A DNA stretch of 40,000 bases from an uncultured Christensenellaceae bacterium (GCA_910588425.1 CAJUPM010000001.1:162827-202826), one strand, 5' to 3'. Counted from the first letter of the stretch, positions 1 to 7,964 are shown. Program-made: numbers and translations. The notes: a model not told the origin generated them from the letters alone.

Positions 1-1
1 G

Positions 2-712
2 GACAGCGTGCTCTCCATCGTCACGCTGGGCCGTGCCTGCCGCAATACGGCAGGGCTCAAGAACCGCCAGCCGCTTTCGGCGCTGTATGTCGGCGGTGTC
101 GAGCAACTGCTAGAGCAGTATCAGGAAGTCATCAAAGGCGAGCTCAACGTCAAGAATGTGCAGCTGGGCGCCGCGATGGAGCAGTTCATCACCTACCAGG
201 TTAAGCCCCAGCTCAAGACGCTTGGGCCAAAATACGGCAAGCTGCTGGGCGGCATCCGCTCGCATCTGGCAGAAGCGGATGGGAGCGCGGTTGTGAAGGC
301 TGTTGCAAACGGCGGTTCCTACACCTTCGCGGTAAATGGAGCGGAAGTTTCGCTGACAGAGGCGGATCTGCTCATCGAGCCCATGCAGAAGGAAGGCTTT
401 GCCGTCGAAACCGAGGGCGAAATCGCCGTCATCCTGGATGAGACGCTGACGCCCGAGTTGATTGTAGAAGGCAATATCCGGGAGATCATCAGCAAAGTGC
501 AGACCATGCGCAAGGAGGCAGGCTTTGAGGTGACGGATCACATCCGCTTGGCCGTCTCGGAGGGTGAGGTCGCGGCGATTCTCCGGGAGAACGAGAGCCA
601 GGTCGCTGAAGAAACCTTGGCGGATGAAGTCGCCTATGGCGCGCTTTCCGGCTATGAGAAGCAGTGGGATATCAACGGCATGAGCGCAGTTTTCTCCGTA
701 GAGAAAAAATAG
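2..712 (+). CDS. ileS: isoleucine--tRNA ligase, C-terminal part (5' end outside window)
   Basis: The reading frame is open from base 2. The C-terminal sequence (..GLKNRQPLS.., ..EGNIREIISKVQTMRKEAGFEVTDHIRL..) matches the C-terminal domain of type-2 IleRS as I remember it. A terminator follows. Confidence 0.8.
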   Translation, partial: DSVLSIVTLGRACRNTAGLKNRQPLSALYVGGVEQLLEQYQEVIKGELNVKNVQLGAAMEQFITYQVKPQLKTLGPKYGKLLGGIRSHLAEADGSAVVKAVANGGSYTFAVNGAEVSLTEADLLIEPMQKEGFAVETEGEIAVILDETLTPELIVEGNIREIISKVQTMRKEAGFEVTDHIRLAVSEGEVAAILRENESQVAEETLADEVAYGALSGYEKQWDINGMSAVFSVEKK

Positions 713-715
713 GAA

Positions 716-750
716 ATAAAAAAGAGCCTTTATGAAGGCTCTTTTTTATT
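716..750. terminator. bidirectional rho-independent terminator between convergent ileS and the deacetylase gene
   Basis: 9-bp stem AAGAGCCTT (722-730) / AAGGCTCTT (735-743) with a 4-nt loop. It is flanked by an A-run on the left and a T-run on the right. Confidence 0.8.
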
Positions 751-755
751 TTGAT

Positions 756-1574
756 TTATGATGCGTCCGCAGAGACCAGCTCCTGGATGCTGTGGATTTC
801 ATAGCCGTCGGCCCGCCAGGTGTCGATCACTTCGCCCAGCACGGCGGCGTTGGTGGCTGAGGTGGAGTGCAGCAGGGCGATCTCACCGGGGTGCGTGCGC
901 GTCAGAATGGTTTTCTTGGCGGCGGTAGTATCCGGCTGAGCATCGTTGAGCCAATCCTTATAGGCAAAGCTCCAGAAAACTGGGGTATAGCCCATTTCCT
1001 GAACGATTTTCAGCATGGCTTCGCTGTATTTTCCCTCCGGCGGGCGCATAAAGCGCGGCATTTGCTCGCCGGTAATCTCCTGATAGAGCTCGCAAAGCCC
1101 ATCCAGCTCCTTTTGATAGGTGGCGATGTCAGTCGTAGCCGAAAGATCCGCGTGGTTTACCGTGTGATTGCAGACGAGATGCCCCTCATCCTTCATGCGC
1201 TTGATGATTTCCGGGTTGCTCTTCATATAGTGCCCGGTGACGAAAAAGGCCGCAGGGGCATTTTTTTCCTTTAAAACATCCAAAATTTTCTCGGTATAGC
1301 CGTTTTCGTAGCCCGAGTCGAAGGTGAGGTAGATGAATTTGGAATTGGGATCGCCCAGATAAATGAGGTTATAGTCGTCAAGAAAAGAAGCATCGTCTGC
1401 GACGATGGGCTGCTGGCCGTCCTCTCTGGGTTTATAATACCAGCTGTAAGATTTTTCCGCCGTATGCGCGACGGTTGTCGAGCTGGGGGCGAGCGTCATA
1501 TAAACAAGCGCAAAGGCCAGCCCAAACAGGCAGGCAATGCAGCTGCCGATTACAAAATTGCTTTTGCTTTTCAT
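756..1574 (-). CDS. pdaA: polysaccharide deacetylase family protein, PdaA-like (delta-lactam de-N-acetylase type)
   Basis: NodB-type motifs: LTFDSGYENGYT, FFVTGHY and NHTVNHADL. There is an N-terminal TM/signal segment. I chose the ATG at 1574 because AGGAGG lies 6 nt upstream; the ORF track extends to 1631. Confidence 0.75.
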   Translation of the reverse strand: MKSKSNFVIGSCIACLFGLAFALVYMTLAPSSTTVAHTAEKSYSWYYKPREDGQQPIVADDASFLDDYNLIYLGDPNSKFIYLTFDSGYENGYTEKILDVLKEKNAPAAFFVTGHYMKSNPEIIKRMKDEGHLVCNHTVNHADLSATTDIATYQKELDGLCELYQEITGEQMPRFMRPPEGKYSEAMLKIVQEMGYTPVFWSFAYKDWLNDAQPDTTAAKKTILTRTHPGEIALLHSTSATNAAVLGEVIDTWRADGYEIHSIQELVSADAS

Positions 1575-1692
1575 GGAAAACCTCCTGAACCAATTAGTAA
1601 AAACTATGAAAACAAACGCTTTTTTATGCAAAATGCTCTAGGAAAATACAGAGGGATATGATAGAATAAGGATGCAAAAACGGAGGCGTATT

Positions 1693-2463
1693 ATGAGAGA
1701 GGAAAAGGCTGGAAAGCATAGCAAAAAAAGGGCAAAACCATTTTTGAACATTGCCATCATCGTCTGTGCGCTGGGGGCGCTCATTTGTGTGGGAATTCTG
1801 CTTTCTTCCTATTTTGAATATAAAAAGGGCGATAACCTGATGGACGGCATGACGCAGTATGTCAGCATCCCTCAGGGAAACAAGGGTGAGGGTGAAAAAT
1901 TCACGGTGGATTACGATGCCCTTGCCGCCATCAACCCGGATTTCATCGGCTGGCTTTATCTGGATGGGACGGTGATTAACTATCCCGTCGTGCAGGGCGA
2001 GGATAATAGCTATTATCTGAATCATGTCTTTGAAGGAGAGCAGCATAAATACGGCAGCATTTTCATGGACAGCCGCAATCACGCGCGTTTTTGGGATGCC
2101 AACACGGTGATCTATGGGCACCGCATGAACAGCGGCGCGATGTTCGGAACGCTGATCGAATATAAGAACCAGGAGTACTACGATCAGCATCCAGCTTTCA
2201 TGCTCTATACCAAGGAGCAGGTCTATCGGCTGGAAATTTTCGCGGCCTATGAAGTGGACGCGAAGATGGAGAATGTGCCGTTTAACTTTACCACGGATGA
2301 GCAATACCGCGCCTATTTGGATGCCGCCATTGCGCAGTCCGATATTCAGACGGACGTTTCGGTGGATGTAACTGAGCGCATTGTGACGCTTTCGACCTGC
2401 ACTAAAACCAGCCAAAGCAAACGGTTTATCGTTCAGGCAAAATTGGTTGCAGTTTCTGAGTAA
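1693..2463 (+). CDS. srtB: class B sortase
   Basis: N-terminal membrane anchor, catalytic His context VIYGHRM and catalytic Cys context VTLSTCT. GGAGG lies 6 nt upstream of the ATG at 1693. Confidence 0.8.
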   Translation: MREEKAGKHSKKRAKPFLNIAIIVCALGALICVGILLSSYFEYKKGDNLMDGMTQYVSIPQGNKGEGEKFTVDYDALAAINPDFIGWLYLDGTVINYPVVQGEDNSYYLNHVFEGEQHKYGSIFMDSRNHARFWDANTVIYGHRMNSGAMFGTLIEYKNQEYYDQHPAFMLYTKEQVYRLEIFAAYEVDAKMENVPFNFTTDEQYRAYLDAAIAQSDIQTDVSVDVTERIVTLSTCTKTSQSKRFIVQAKLVAVSE

Positions 2464-2469
2464 AAGGTC

Positions 2470-2498
2470 TTGAAATTCCTTGCAAGGTGTTGTATACT
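2470..2498 (+). promoter_or_regulatory. sigma-A type promoter of the tRNA pair
   Basis: TTGAAA (2470-2475), 17-nt spacer, TATACT (2493-2498). The first tRNA starts about 10 nt downstream. Confidence 0.6.
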
Positions 2499-2508
2499 AT
2501 GTAGGCAC

Positions 2509-2584
2509 GCTGATGTGGCACAGTTGGTAGCGCAACGCCTTGGTAAGGCGTAGGTCGGCAGTTCGAGTCTGCTCATCAGCTCCA
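2509..2584 (+). tRNA. tRNA-Thr (anticodon GGU)
   Basis: Cloverleaf folded by hand. Acceptor stem GCTGATG/CATCAGC, anticodon loop TTGGTAA, T-loop TTCGAGT, encoded CCA. There is one A-C mismatch in the D-stem. Confidence 0.9.
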
Positions 2585-2661
<77 letters not shown>

Positions 2662-2686
2662 CGTCGCGATGGACTTCGCGATTATG

Positions 2687-2717
2687 ATCCCGCTCGGGTA
2701 AACCGAGCGGGATTTTC
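2687..2717 (+). terminator. rho-independent terminator of the tRNA operon
   Basis: Stem ATCCCGCTCGG / CCGAGCGGGAT with loop GTAAA, followed by TTTT. Confidence 0.8.
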
Positions 2718-2885
2718 AATCGCTCCGTCATCGCTCTTTTTTCCGCAAAAAAGCCCGCTTGCTTCGCCTATGCCCTTGCAAGCGCGGGCATAACGGCTTT
2801 CGCTGCGCTACCGCTTTTTGCGGGTTGCGCGCCTGTGGCGCGATTCGTTATGTGTGAAGGGTTCAAATTTGGCAGGTTACTTCAA

Positions 2886-2920
2886 AACAAAAACCGCTTA
2901 ACAGAGCGGTTTTTTATTTT
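2886..2920. terminator. bidirectional rho-independent terminator in the tRNA-to-bsh intergenic region
   Basis: AAAAACCGCT-TAACAG-AGCGGTTTTTT, with an A-run on the left and a T-run on the right. Confidence 0.7.
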
Positions 2921-3115
2921 TGGCTTTGCTAAAGCAAAAACCGGCGATAACAGTTTGCGGTCGATTTCAGAATTTATTCGAAATTTGAATGATTTTTAGA
3001 AAAATACAACACGAAATGCAACACAATAAATAGGAAAATGCTTCCGGGCGTCTTTTGGTGGTATCATAAACGCACGGTTTAAGCGGAAGGTCAGAGCCTT
3101 TCCGAAGCCTGGATG

Positions 3116-3144
3116 TTCATTGATAGCTGCCGACATGGTATAAG
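3116..3144 (+). promoter_or_regulatory. possible sigma-A promoter for the hydrolase gene
   Basis: TTCATT, 17-nt spacer, TATAAG with TGg immediately upstream (extended -10). This would leave a leader of about 115 nt. Confidence 0.3.
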
Positions 3145-3266
3145 AAGAGAAGCAAAGATGAATAATGAAAAGAGAACAAGCTTTTGGAAAACGCTCTTAT
3201 CTAAGAGAAAGTTGAGGGTGAATTTTTGTGAAAAGGCAAATGAGCGAAACTTAGGGAGGTTAGATT

Positions 3267-4250
3267 ATGTGCACAGCGGCGACATACAAGACGAAGGATT
3301 TCTATTTTGGCAGAACACTGGATTACGACTGCTCCTATGGTGAGGAGATTGTGATAACACCGCGCAATGTTCCATTTTCCTTTCGGTGCGCGGGGCAGAT
3401 GCGGCGGCACTACGCGATGATCGGAATGGCCCATGTGGCCCAGGGGGTTCCGCTTTATTACGATGCGGCAAATGAAAAAGGCCTGGGCATGGCGGGGCTC
3501 AATTTTGTGGGAAATGCGCACTATGAAAAGCAAAAAGTGCCGGGCAAGGACAACATCGCGCCGTTTGAGCTGATTTTCTGGGTTCTTGGGCAATGCGCCA
3601 CGGTAGTGGAAGCCAAAGAGCTTCTGGCAAATATTCATCTTGTGGATATTCCCTTTAGCCAGGATTTGCCGCAGGCACAGCTGCACTGGATCATTGCGGA
3701 TAAGGACGAGGTGATCACCCTGGAGGCTGTCCGGGGGGGACTGCGGATTTATGAGAATCCTGCGGGCGTTTTGACGAATAATCCTCCTTTTGATGAGCAG
3801 ATGTTTGCGCTGAACAACTATATGAGCCTATCGCCCAAAGAGCCGCAGAATCGCTTTTCCAGCGCATTGCCGCTCCGGCCGTACAGCCGCGGCATGGGAG
3901 CGCTGGGGCTGCCCGGCGATCTCTCCTCCCAGTCTCGGTTCGTCCGGGTGGCATTCACAAAGATGAACGCCGTCTCGGGCAATTCGGAGATGGAGAGCGT
4001 GAGCCAGTTTTTCCACATCCTAGGCGCTGTGGAACAGACGAGAGGATGCTGTGAAGTGGGCGAGGGGGCATATGAAATCACGATCTATACTTCCTGCTGC
4101 AACGCGGAGCGGGGCATTTATTACTACACCACCTATGATAACCACCAGATTACGGCAGTCGATATGAAAGAAGAGAATCTGGATAGCGAGAAGCTGGTGC
4201 GGTATCCGCTCATGATGCAGGAGCAGATTCGATGGCAGAATAGGAAATAG
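3267..4250 (+). CDS. choloylglycine hydrolase family protein (bile-salt hydrolase / penicillin V acylase type Ntn hydrolase)
   Basis: The protein starts MCTAATYKTKDFYFGRTLD, with the nucleophile Cys directly after Met as is typical of this Ntn family. It is 327 aa long. GGGAGG lies upstream. Confidence 0.85.
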   Translation: MCTAATYKTKDFYFGRTLDYDCSYGEEIVITPRNVPFSFRCAGQMRRHYAMIGMAHVAQGVPLYYDAANEKGLGMAGLNFVGNAHYEKQKVPGKDNIAPFELIFWVLGQCATVVEAKELLANIHLVDIPFSQDLPQAQLHWIIADKDEVITLEAVRGGLRIYENPAGVLTNNPPFDEQMFALNNYMSLSPKEPQNRFSSALPLRPYSRGMGALGLPGDLSSQSRFVRVAFTKMNAVSGNSEMESVSQFFHILGAVEQTRGCCEVGEGAYEITIYTSCCNAERGIYYYTTYDNHQITAVDMKEENLDSEKLVRYPLMMQEQIRWQNRK

Positions 4251-4260
4251 CTCGCCCCTC

Positions 4261-4289
4261 TTGCTTCCCTGGCAGAGCTTTGCTATAAT
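4261..4289 (+). promoter_or_regulatory. strong sigma-A promoter with extended -10
   Basis: TTGCTT (4261-4266), 17-nt spacer, TGcTATAAT (4281-4289). Confidence 0.65.
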
Positions 4290-4310
4290 CTGGAAAAGGG
4301 AGGCAATGGC

Positions 4311-4572
4311 ATGAGAAACGCAAAAGAACAGGAGTTTTTTTCCATATACTGGGGACACGGTCTGCTATATTGAAGTGAGCAAAGATGGATCGGTATCGCA
4401 GATGCACCATAAAAATAAATCCGATCGCCCGGGGGTCTCGGCGGCCTACCAAAGAGTGATGAAGGGAGATTCCACTCTATACGCCGTCTGGCCGGGAAAA
4501 TGGAGCAGCGATCTGTTCCTGATAGACGATTTGGAGGCTTTTGCGAAGAGCTTTGAGCTCCTTGAAACATAA
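4311..4572 (+). pseudogene. small hypothetical gene interrupted at a T7 tract
   Basis: GGGAGG lies 7 nt upstream of ATG 4311. Frame 0 stops at 4371-4373. The +1 frame is open from just after the T7 run (4335-4341) to 4572. The GTG at 4375 used by the ORF track has no SD sequence. A terminator follows at 4587. Confidence 0.4.
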
Positions 4573-4586
4573 AATCGATGAGAATG

Positions 4587-4620
4587 AACCTGAAGCGGCC
4601 TTGCTTCAGGTTTGTTTTTT
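4587..4620 (+). terminator. rho-independent terminator
   Basis: 10-bp stem AACCTGAAGC / GCTTCAGGTT with loop GGCCTT, followed by TTTGTTTTTT. Confidence 0.8.
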
Positions 4621-4716
4621 GTATCCAAAGCGGCAGGTGATGGCCCGTGCTTTGGCCTTTATTTGGCCTGGGAGAGGGTGGCAGGAAAAAAGATATAGTT
4701 TGGATACAAATATACA

Positions 4717-4745
4717 TTGACAGATGAGGTATTGCGATATACTAT
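4717..4745 (+). promoter_or_regulatory. sigma-A promoter of the padR operon
   Basis: TTGACA (4717-4722), 17-nt spacer, TACTAT (4740-4745). Confidence 0.6.
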
Positions 4746-4774
4746 ATATTAAAAGAGAAGAAAGGAGCGGGAGC

Positions 4775-5119
4775 ATGGCGATTGCTTCGGATTTAATCCG
4801 CGGCCATACTGAAACCATCATCCTGGCGCATCTGCTGCAGGGAGATAGCTATGGCTACGAGATCAATAAGGCGATTCAGCAGAAGACAGATCAGCAGTAT
4901 GAGCTCAAAGAGGCCACGCTGTATACGGCCTTCCGCAGGCTGGAGGAATCGGGCTGCATCTATTCCTATTGGGGCGACGAGCAGACCGGCGCGCGCAGAA
5001 GATACTACAGCATCACAAAGCATGGAAAGCAGACGTATCGGCGGCTGCGGGAAGAATGGGAAGTTGCGAAAAAGCTAATTGATATTTTAATTGGAGAGGA
5101 GAAAAGTGATGAGAGATAG
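4775..5119 (+). CDS. PadR family transcriptional regulator
   Basis: Winged-helix PadR signature (GHTETIILAHLLQGDSYGYEI ... LYTAFRRLEESG ... RRRYYSIT.G). AAAGGAG lies upstream of ATG 4775. Confidence 0.85.
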   Translation: MAIASDLIRGHTETIILAHLLQGDSYGYEINKAIQQKTDQQYELKEATLYTAFRRLEESGCIYSYWGDEQTGARRRYYSITKHGKQTYRRLREEWEVAKKLIDILIGEEKSDER

Positions 5120-5750
5120 ATTAAGAGGTTATGTCGAATCTTTATTTATCGATGCACCACGCACCAAAAAAACAGTAGAACTCAAGGAAGAAATTTTGCA
5201 GAACCTATACGATAAATACGACGATCTGATAAGGGAAGGCAAAACCGAGGAAGCGGCCTACAATATCGCTGTGGCGGGCGTTGGAGATATCAGCCCGCTG
5301 CTGGAGGAGCTGGAGCGCAGCGAGAGCGTCTATGATGCGCAAAACCCGTATCCAGAGGCAAGAAAGCGCTCGGCCATCATGGTCGCGGCGGCGGTTGCGA
5401 TGTACATTTTAGCGGTGATCCCCTGCCTGATCTGGGAAGAGGGGGGCGTGATCCCCATGTTTATCGTCATCGCACTGGCAACGGCACTGCTCATCTATAA
5501 CGGCATGACGCGCCCGCGCTATATCAGCCGGGACGACACAGTCGTGGAGAACTTCAAGGAATGGAAAACCCACAACAGCAACCGGCATCAGGTCTATAAG
5601 GCGCTCTCTTCTGCGCTGTGGTCGATTACGGTGGTGGTTTATTTCCTGGTGAGCTTTGGCATGGGCGCATGGCATATCAGCTGGGTCATTTTCCTGATCT
5701 CCTCCGCCATCAACTCCGTGCTGAGAGCCATCTTTGATTTGGGGAGGTAG
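5109..5750 (+). CDS. membrane protein with a permease-prefix / DUF1700-like N-terminal helical domain
   Basis: The N-terminus (YVESLFIDAPRTKKTVELKEEILQNLYDKYDDLIREGKTEEAAYNIAVAGVGDISPLL) is typical of the cytoplasmic domain that follows PadR genes. Four predicted TM helices follow. It overlaps padR by 11 nt. Confidence 0.7.
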   Translation: MRDRLRGYVESLFIDAPRTKKTVELKEEILQNLYDKYDDLIREGKTEEAAYNIAVAGVGDISPLLEELERSESVYDAQNPYPEARKRSAIMVAAAVAMYILAVIPCLIWEEGGVIPMFIVIALATALLIYNGMTRPRYISRDDTVVENFKEWKTHNSNRHQVYKALSSALWSITVVVYFLVSFGMGAWHISWVIFLISSAINSVLRAIFDLGR

Positions 5751-5752
5751 CA

Positions 5753-6676
5753 ATGAGAGCTTCGGCAATTATTCGGATTATCGTCTGGTCTCTGGTTGCG
5801 CTGGCGCTGACGGCCGTTCTGGTTCAGGGGCTGACGGGTGGCTTTTCGTTAGGGGGTATCACTGTGTTTAGTTCTTTTTCTTATGACGACAGCGAGCAAT
5901 ACCTGGTTGGCAGCAACCAGATCGATATGAGGGAGATCTCGGAAATCGAGATCAACTGGGGCGCAGGAGATGTTCAGATTATCCCCTGTGAGGGAAATGA
6001 GGTCATCTTCCGGGAGCAGGCCGGCCGGGCGCTGTTGGAAGAGGATATGATGCGTTTCTATTTGCGGGGCGGAAAGCTGACGATCCAGTTCTGCGCGCCC
6101 AAAAGAGGGTTCCGGATTTTTTCGAGCACCCCGAGCAAGAGCTTGGAGGTCCAAATCCCGTATGCCATGGCAGGATCGCTGGCGGAGCTGGAGGTCAGCT
6201 CGATTTCTGCGCCCGTCAGCATACAGGGGGCCAGCGGGGCAGAGATGAAGGTTTCCAGCGTCTCAGGCGCCATTCACGTTTCAGATCTCTCCTGCCGGGA
6301 GCTGGATTTGGAGACGGTCAGCGGCGGGATTCGCGGCGAAAACATTGAGGCAACCGAGCTGGAGATGGAGAGCGTCAGCGGCACTATCGATATTTCCGGC
6401 GCCTTTCAGGAGGCGAGCGGCAACAGTGTCTCGGGCAATCTGACGATACGCAGCAATATCTGCCCAAGAAAGGTGGATGCGGAGACAGTCAGCGGGGGCG
6501 TGCGCCTGCAAATTCCGGAAAACGACGGTTTTACCGCCCGGTATCACACGACCAGCGGGCAGTTCTACTCGAGTTTCCCGACGGTCGCCCAGAAGAGACA
6601 GGCGGTTTACAAAAACGGCGGCGCGGAATTCACCTTCGATACGGTTTCGGGCAGTATGGATATTGAGAAGCTATAG
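5753..6676 (+). CDS. DUF4097 family beta-strand repeat protein (LiaG-like putative adhesin fold), membrane anchored
   Basis: N-terminal TM helix followed by a repeated VSGxI/VSGGIR strand motif. It starts 2 nt after the upstream stop codon, with GGGGAGG as SD. Confidence 0.7.
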   Translation: MRASAIIRIIVWSLVALALTAVLVQGLTGGFSLGGITVFSSFSYDDSEQYLVGSNQIDMREISEIEINWGAGDVQIIPCEGNEVIFREQAGRALLEEDMMRFYLRGGKLTIQFCAPKRGFRIFSSTPSKSLEVQIPYAMAGSLAELEVSSISAPVSIQGASGAEMKVSSVSGAIHVSDLSCRELDLETVSGGIRGENIEATELEMESVSGTIDISGAFQEASGNSVSGNLTIRSNICPRKVDAETVSGGVRLQIPENDGFTARYHTTSGQFYSSFPTVAQKRQAVYKNGGAEFTFDTVSGSMDIEKL

Positions 6677-6692
6677 CGCGGAAAGCGCATGG

Positions 6693-6724
6693 AAATGCCG
6701 GGGCAAAAGCCCTGGCATTTTTTG
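6693..6724 (+). terminator. rho-independent terminator of the padR operon
   Basis: Stem AAATGCCGGGGC / GCCCTGGCATTT (one G-U pair) with loop AAAA and a T-run. Confidence 0.75.
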
Positions 6725-6780
6725 CACTGCACTTTTTTTCAAAGAATTTGACGAATGGGTGCGAATGAAATGCCAATGCT

Positions 6781-6808
6781 TTGTAATGAGGGGCAACTAT
6801 GCTATAAT
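6781..6808 (+). promoter_or_regulatory. sigma-A promoter with extended -10
   Basis: TTGTAA, 16-nt spacer, TGcTATAAT (6801-6808). The leader to ATG 6914 is about 100 nt. Confidence 0.55.
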
Positions 6809-6913
6809 AAGAAAAAGCCCGGATTTTTCCTGGGCTGCTCGGAACGACAGAATTGAGCGCTGTTTTTGGCCGGATTGCCGGCAGAGAACGGCGGTTTTCC
6901 CTGGGAGGTAGGC

Positions 6914-7864
6914 ATGAAGGTCAGCGTGCTGGGATGCGGGCGATGGGGCTCGTTTATCGCGTGGTATTTGAATAGAATGGGGCATCGGGTTTGCGTATGG
7001 GGCAGGGAAGGCTCGGCAAACCTCGGGCAGTTCCAGGAGAAAATCCGGCAGGGGCAAGAAGGCTTTTTGGGCATGGAGACCACGCACGACTTGGCGCACG
7101 CCCTGGCCTTTGGCGAGCTTTTGGCCATCTCCATCAGCGCCCAGCAGCTGCGTAATTTGCTCTCCAGAAGCGAGTTTTGCGATCTGCAAAAGCCGGTCGT
7201 CCTCTGCATGAAAGGGCTGGAGGAGCACACGGGCAAGCGCCTTTCGGAGATTGCCGCGGATTACCTGCCGCTGGAGCAGATTGCCGTCTGGCTGGGGCCT
7301 GGCCATATGCAGGATTTTCTCGCAGGCATTCCCAACTGCATGGTGATCGATTCCTACAACCCACAGCTCAAGCAGGAGGTCGTTGCGGCGCTCAAAGGCG
7401 GGCTGATTCGCTTTTATTACGGCGACGATATGATCGGCAACGAGGTTGGGGCGGCAGCAAAAAATGTCATTGGGATTGCGGCGGGCATGATGGATGGCCT
7501 GCACTGCGGCAGCCTGAAAGGCGCGCTGATGTCCCGCGGGGCTCGGGAGATTTCACGGCTGATCGGCGCCATGGGCGGCAACGAGCTTTCGGCCTATGGC
7601 CTGGCGCATCTGGGAGATTATGAGGCGACGGTGTTTTCGCAGTATAGCCGCAACCGCATGTTCGGAGAAAAATTCGTGCAGGGAGAGCAGATGGATGCTC
7701 TGGCGGAGGGTGTCTCGACGGCGGCGGCGTTGATGGTTTTGAAGGAAAAATACCAGGTGGATTTGCCCATCTGCACGGCTGTGCACACGGCGATTGAGGG
7801 GTGCATCCCGCCGGAGGAACTGATGAGCCGGCTGTTTTTGCGCAGTTTGAAAAAGGAATTTTAA
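6914..7864 (+). CDS. gpsA: NAD(P)H-dependent glycerol-3-phosphate dehydrogenase family protein
   Basis: N-terminal Rossmann motif VLGCGRWGS. The central and C-terminal region resembles GpsA (GAAAKNVIGIAAGMMDGL ... ALMSRGAREISRL). GGGAGG lies upstream of ATG 6914. Confidence 0.7.
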   Translation: MKVSVLGCGRWGSFIAWYLNRMGHRVCVWGREGSANLGQFQEKIRQGQEGFLGMETTHDLAHALAFGELLAISISAQQLRNLLSRSEFCDLQKPVVLCMKGLEEHTGKRLSEIAADYLPLEQIAVWLGPGHMQDFLAGIPNCMVIDSYNPQLKQEVVAALKGGLIRFYYGDDMIGNEVGAAAKNVIGIAAGMMDGLHCGSLKGALMSRGAREISRLIGAMGGNELSAYGLAHLGDYEATVFSQYSRNRMFGEKFVQGEQMDALAEGVSTAAALMVLKEKYQVDLPICTAVHTAIEGCIPPEELMSRLFLRSLKKEF

Positions 7865-7890
7865 AAAGGCGGGTTTTCCGCCTTTTTTAT
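7863..7890 (+). terminator. rho-independent terminator
   Basis: AAAAAGGCGG-GTTTT-CCGCCTTTTTT. Confidence 0.8.
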
Positions 7891-7912
7891 TTGTAAAAAT
7901 TCGATCGGAGAG

Positions 7913-7941
7913 GGAGCCTTTTGGCATAGCGGCGGCGTATC
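7913..7941 (+). promoter_or_regulatory. possible ECF-type autoregulated promoter
   Basis: GGAGCC, 17-nt spacer, CGTATC. The CGTA-type -10 resembles ECF promoters such as those of SigW. The match is weak. Confidence 0.3.
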
Positions 7942-7964
7942 ACATAGTGAAAGGAGAAAAAGCA

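Noticed and set aside
1592-1630. Forespore-type (sigma-G/F-like) promoter TGCATA-16-CATAGTT upstream of the pdaA-like gene
   Set aside because: The spacer is one or two nt shorter than the consensus I remember, the -10 matches only partly, and the implied +1 would fall on the SD itself.
1693-2463. Orphan class B sortase as a sign of a novel surface-anchoring system
   Set aside because: No candidate substrate with a C-terminal sorting signal is encoded anywhere in the window, so the sequence here supports nothing beyond the sortase call itself.
2861-2869. GGTTCAAAT identical to the T-arm of tRNA-Pro, as a possible att-site remnant
   Set aside because: The match is only 9 nt, the similarity is not flanked by further matches, and there is no integrase or second repeat. 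That is insufficient to call a genomic island boundary.
3113-3343. 76-aa plus-strand ORF running into the hydrolase gene
   Set aside because: It is out of frame with, and overlaps, the start of the clearly real Ntn-hydrolase gene. It has a Lys/Arg-rich, AT-driven composition and only a purine-rich pseudo-SD. At most it is an incidental uORF.
4620-4708. 10-bp perfect inverted repeat TGTATCCAAA / TTTGGATACA flanking 69 nt upstream of the padR promoter
   Set aside because: A back-of-envelope estimate gives a few such 10-bp inverted repeats within 100 nt by chance in 40 kb. It does not fit the ATGT-N8-ACAT PadR operator pattern. It might still be worth a glance if conserved.
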